DNA of 60,713 nucleotides, filler included, from Diploschistes diacapsis (lineage: Eukaryota): the NCBI GenBank assembly GCA_023645945.1. It is 9 parts of 9 records of this genome, joined end to end, with 100 filler letters (N's around TTAATTAATTAA, not from the genome) between each part and the next. Parts side by side here need not be neighbours in the genome. Positions count along the whole stretch, not along the records: positions 56,557 to 60,713 come from JALAIB010001766.1; 8 more parts are not named here. One strand, written 5' to 3'. Shown piece by piece: positions 59,781 through 60,713 of this stretch; within the stretch, counting starts at the first letter, position 1, and the number at the start of each line of letters is the position of its first letter. The notes under the pieces are model-generated. The model ran no database searches and was not told the origin of the DNA. It saw nothing but the letters and a program-made list of their open reading frames with translations. The translations under genes and the position numbers were made by a program.

Positions 59781-60713
59781 GAAAGTTAGAATATATAAAA
59801 ACTGTTAAAAAACCTGAGTAATTGCGGTAATAGATTAAAGGAATTTAAAAGGAGTTAAATAGAATTTATAAACTAATTCGACGAAACGTTAACTTCCTTC
59901 TATATTAATGGCAACGCACTATTTTTTAGTTTTCAGTTTATTTATAATAACGATATAATCGCCAGTAATTAGAGGTCTTGCGAACTACTCGTAAGCATCA
60001 TGCTGTTGTTCGGGTTACCGGCCGTTACCGCCTTCTCGTCTAACTGATTAGTAAAGTATTTTACTTGTTTTATAAATTTCTTTTCGGCTAGCGTAAGAGT
60101 TTTATAAAACCTTTCTATCCGGGTCTCATATTTCATTAATTAAAAAAAGAGCTTTCGCTTTTTTTTTTCTTTTAATTCTAATCGAGATTCCGTTTAAACG
60201 CGTATCCTATTTATAACCTTTTAAGATGTCGATACATAATTCTTTCGACCGAGATAAACGCATTTTTCGTATCGAGAAGAAATGGACGATATAATAACAT
60301 AACGATGAAAAATCGAATAATAAAAGCAGAAAAAGTCAGCGGATTTTTATCCACCCGAAGGATTCGGTCGGTAAACTTGTGGTTACGAGAAATTAAAGAA
60401 GATATCGTTGTTTTACGATTTGGAATTTTCTTTTATTTAATATTTATATTAATTTTTCGGTATTTATCGGGCCGATAAAACTGAAAGAAAGAAATAATAT
60501 TACGATCTAAGGTATTAATCGGTAATACTTAACACGCAACAGCTAGTCGAGTACTTCTTAACCATTCTTTATATATAGATTAATCACGGATTTAAAATTA
60601 CGTGACTAATAAATTTCCGTTAAACAGATATTTATCGGAAATAAATCTACCGAGATAGATATCTATTAATAATAACTCTATTACGACAACTTTATTATTA
60701 GTAACTGATTATC
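59781..60713 (-). mobile_element. Second RIP-degraded repeat, possibly the 5' region of a DNA transposase
   Basis: AT- and TpA-rich. The minus strand retains a coding-like stretch ...PFLLDTKNAFISVERIMYRHLKRL*, reminiscent of a BED-finger RHL motif. Family not established. Confidence 0.35.

Overview
Draft genome of a filamentous ascomycete (Pezizomycotina-type short GT-AG introns with CTRAC branch sites; repeats mutated by repeat-induced point mutation, RIP). The window is not one locus. It is nine contigs (4181, 4179, 26566, 4173, 4171, 4167, 4160, 4159, 4157 bp) joined by eight artificial 100-bp N44-TTAATTAATTAA-N44 linkers, so only adjacency within a contig is meaningful. Conserved genes recognised from protein motifs: RSM10, LDB17/Dip1, a GH47 alpha-1,2-mannosidase, CCT6, NOP56, a kinesin-10, an ER TPR/DnaJ protein, DPH7/RRT2 (partial), RIO1, CHL4 (partial), RRN7 (partial), MKT1 and a cytosolic HSP70 with a perfect heat-shock element. 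Two accessory arrays are the best candidates for an undescribed system. The first is three tandem, diverged BTB/POZ genes (two intact, one pseudogene) that all end in a CxxC-x11/12-CPxC knuckle; they share an island with a MITE and a frameshifted intronless MDR oxidoreductase. The second is three co-oriented members of an orphan family on contig 1 (one intact, two decayed) that share a C-terminal motif. The window also holds several DNA-transposon ends and MITEs, and a heavily RIP-mutated chromoviral Ty3/gypsy element whose 3' LTR can still be delimited. All calls come from manual reading and translation; no database searches were run.
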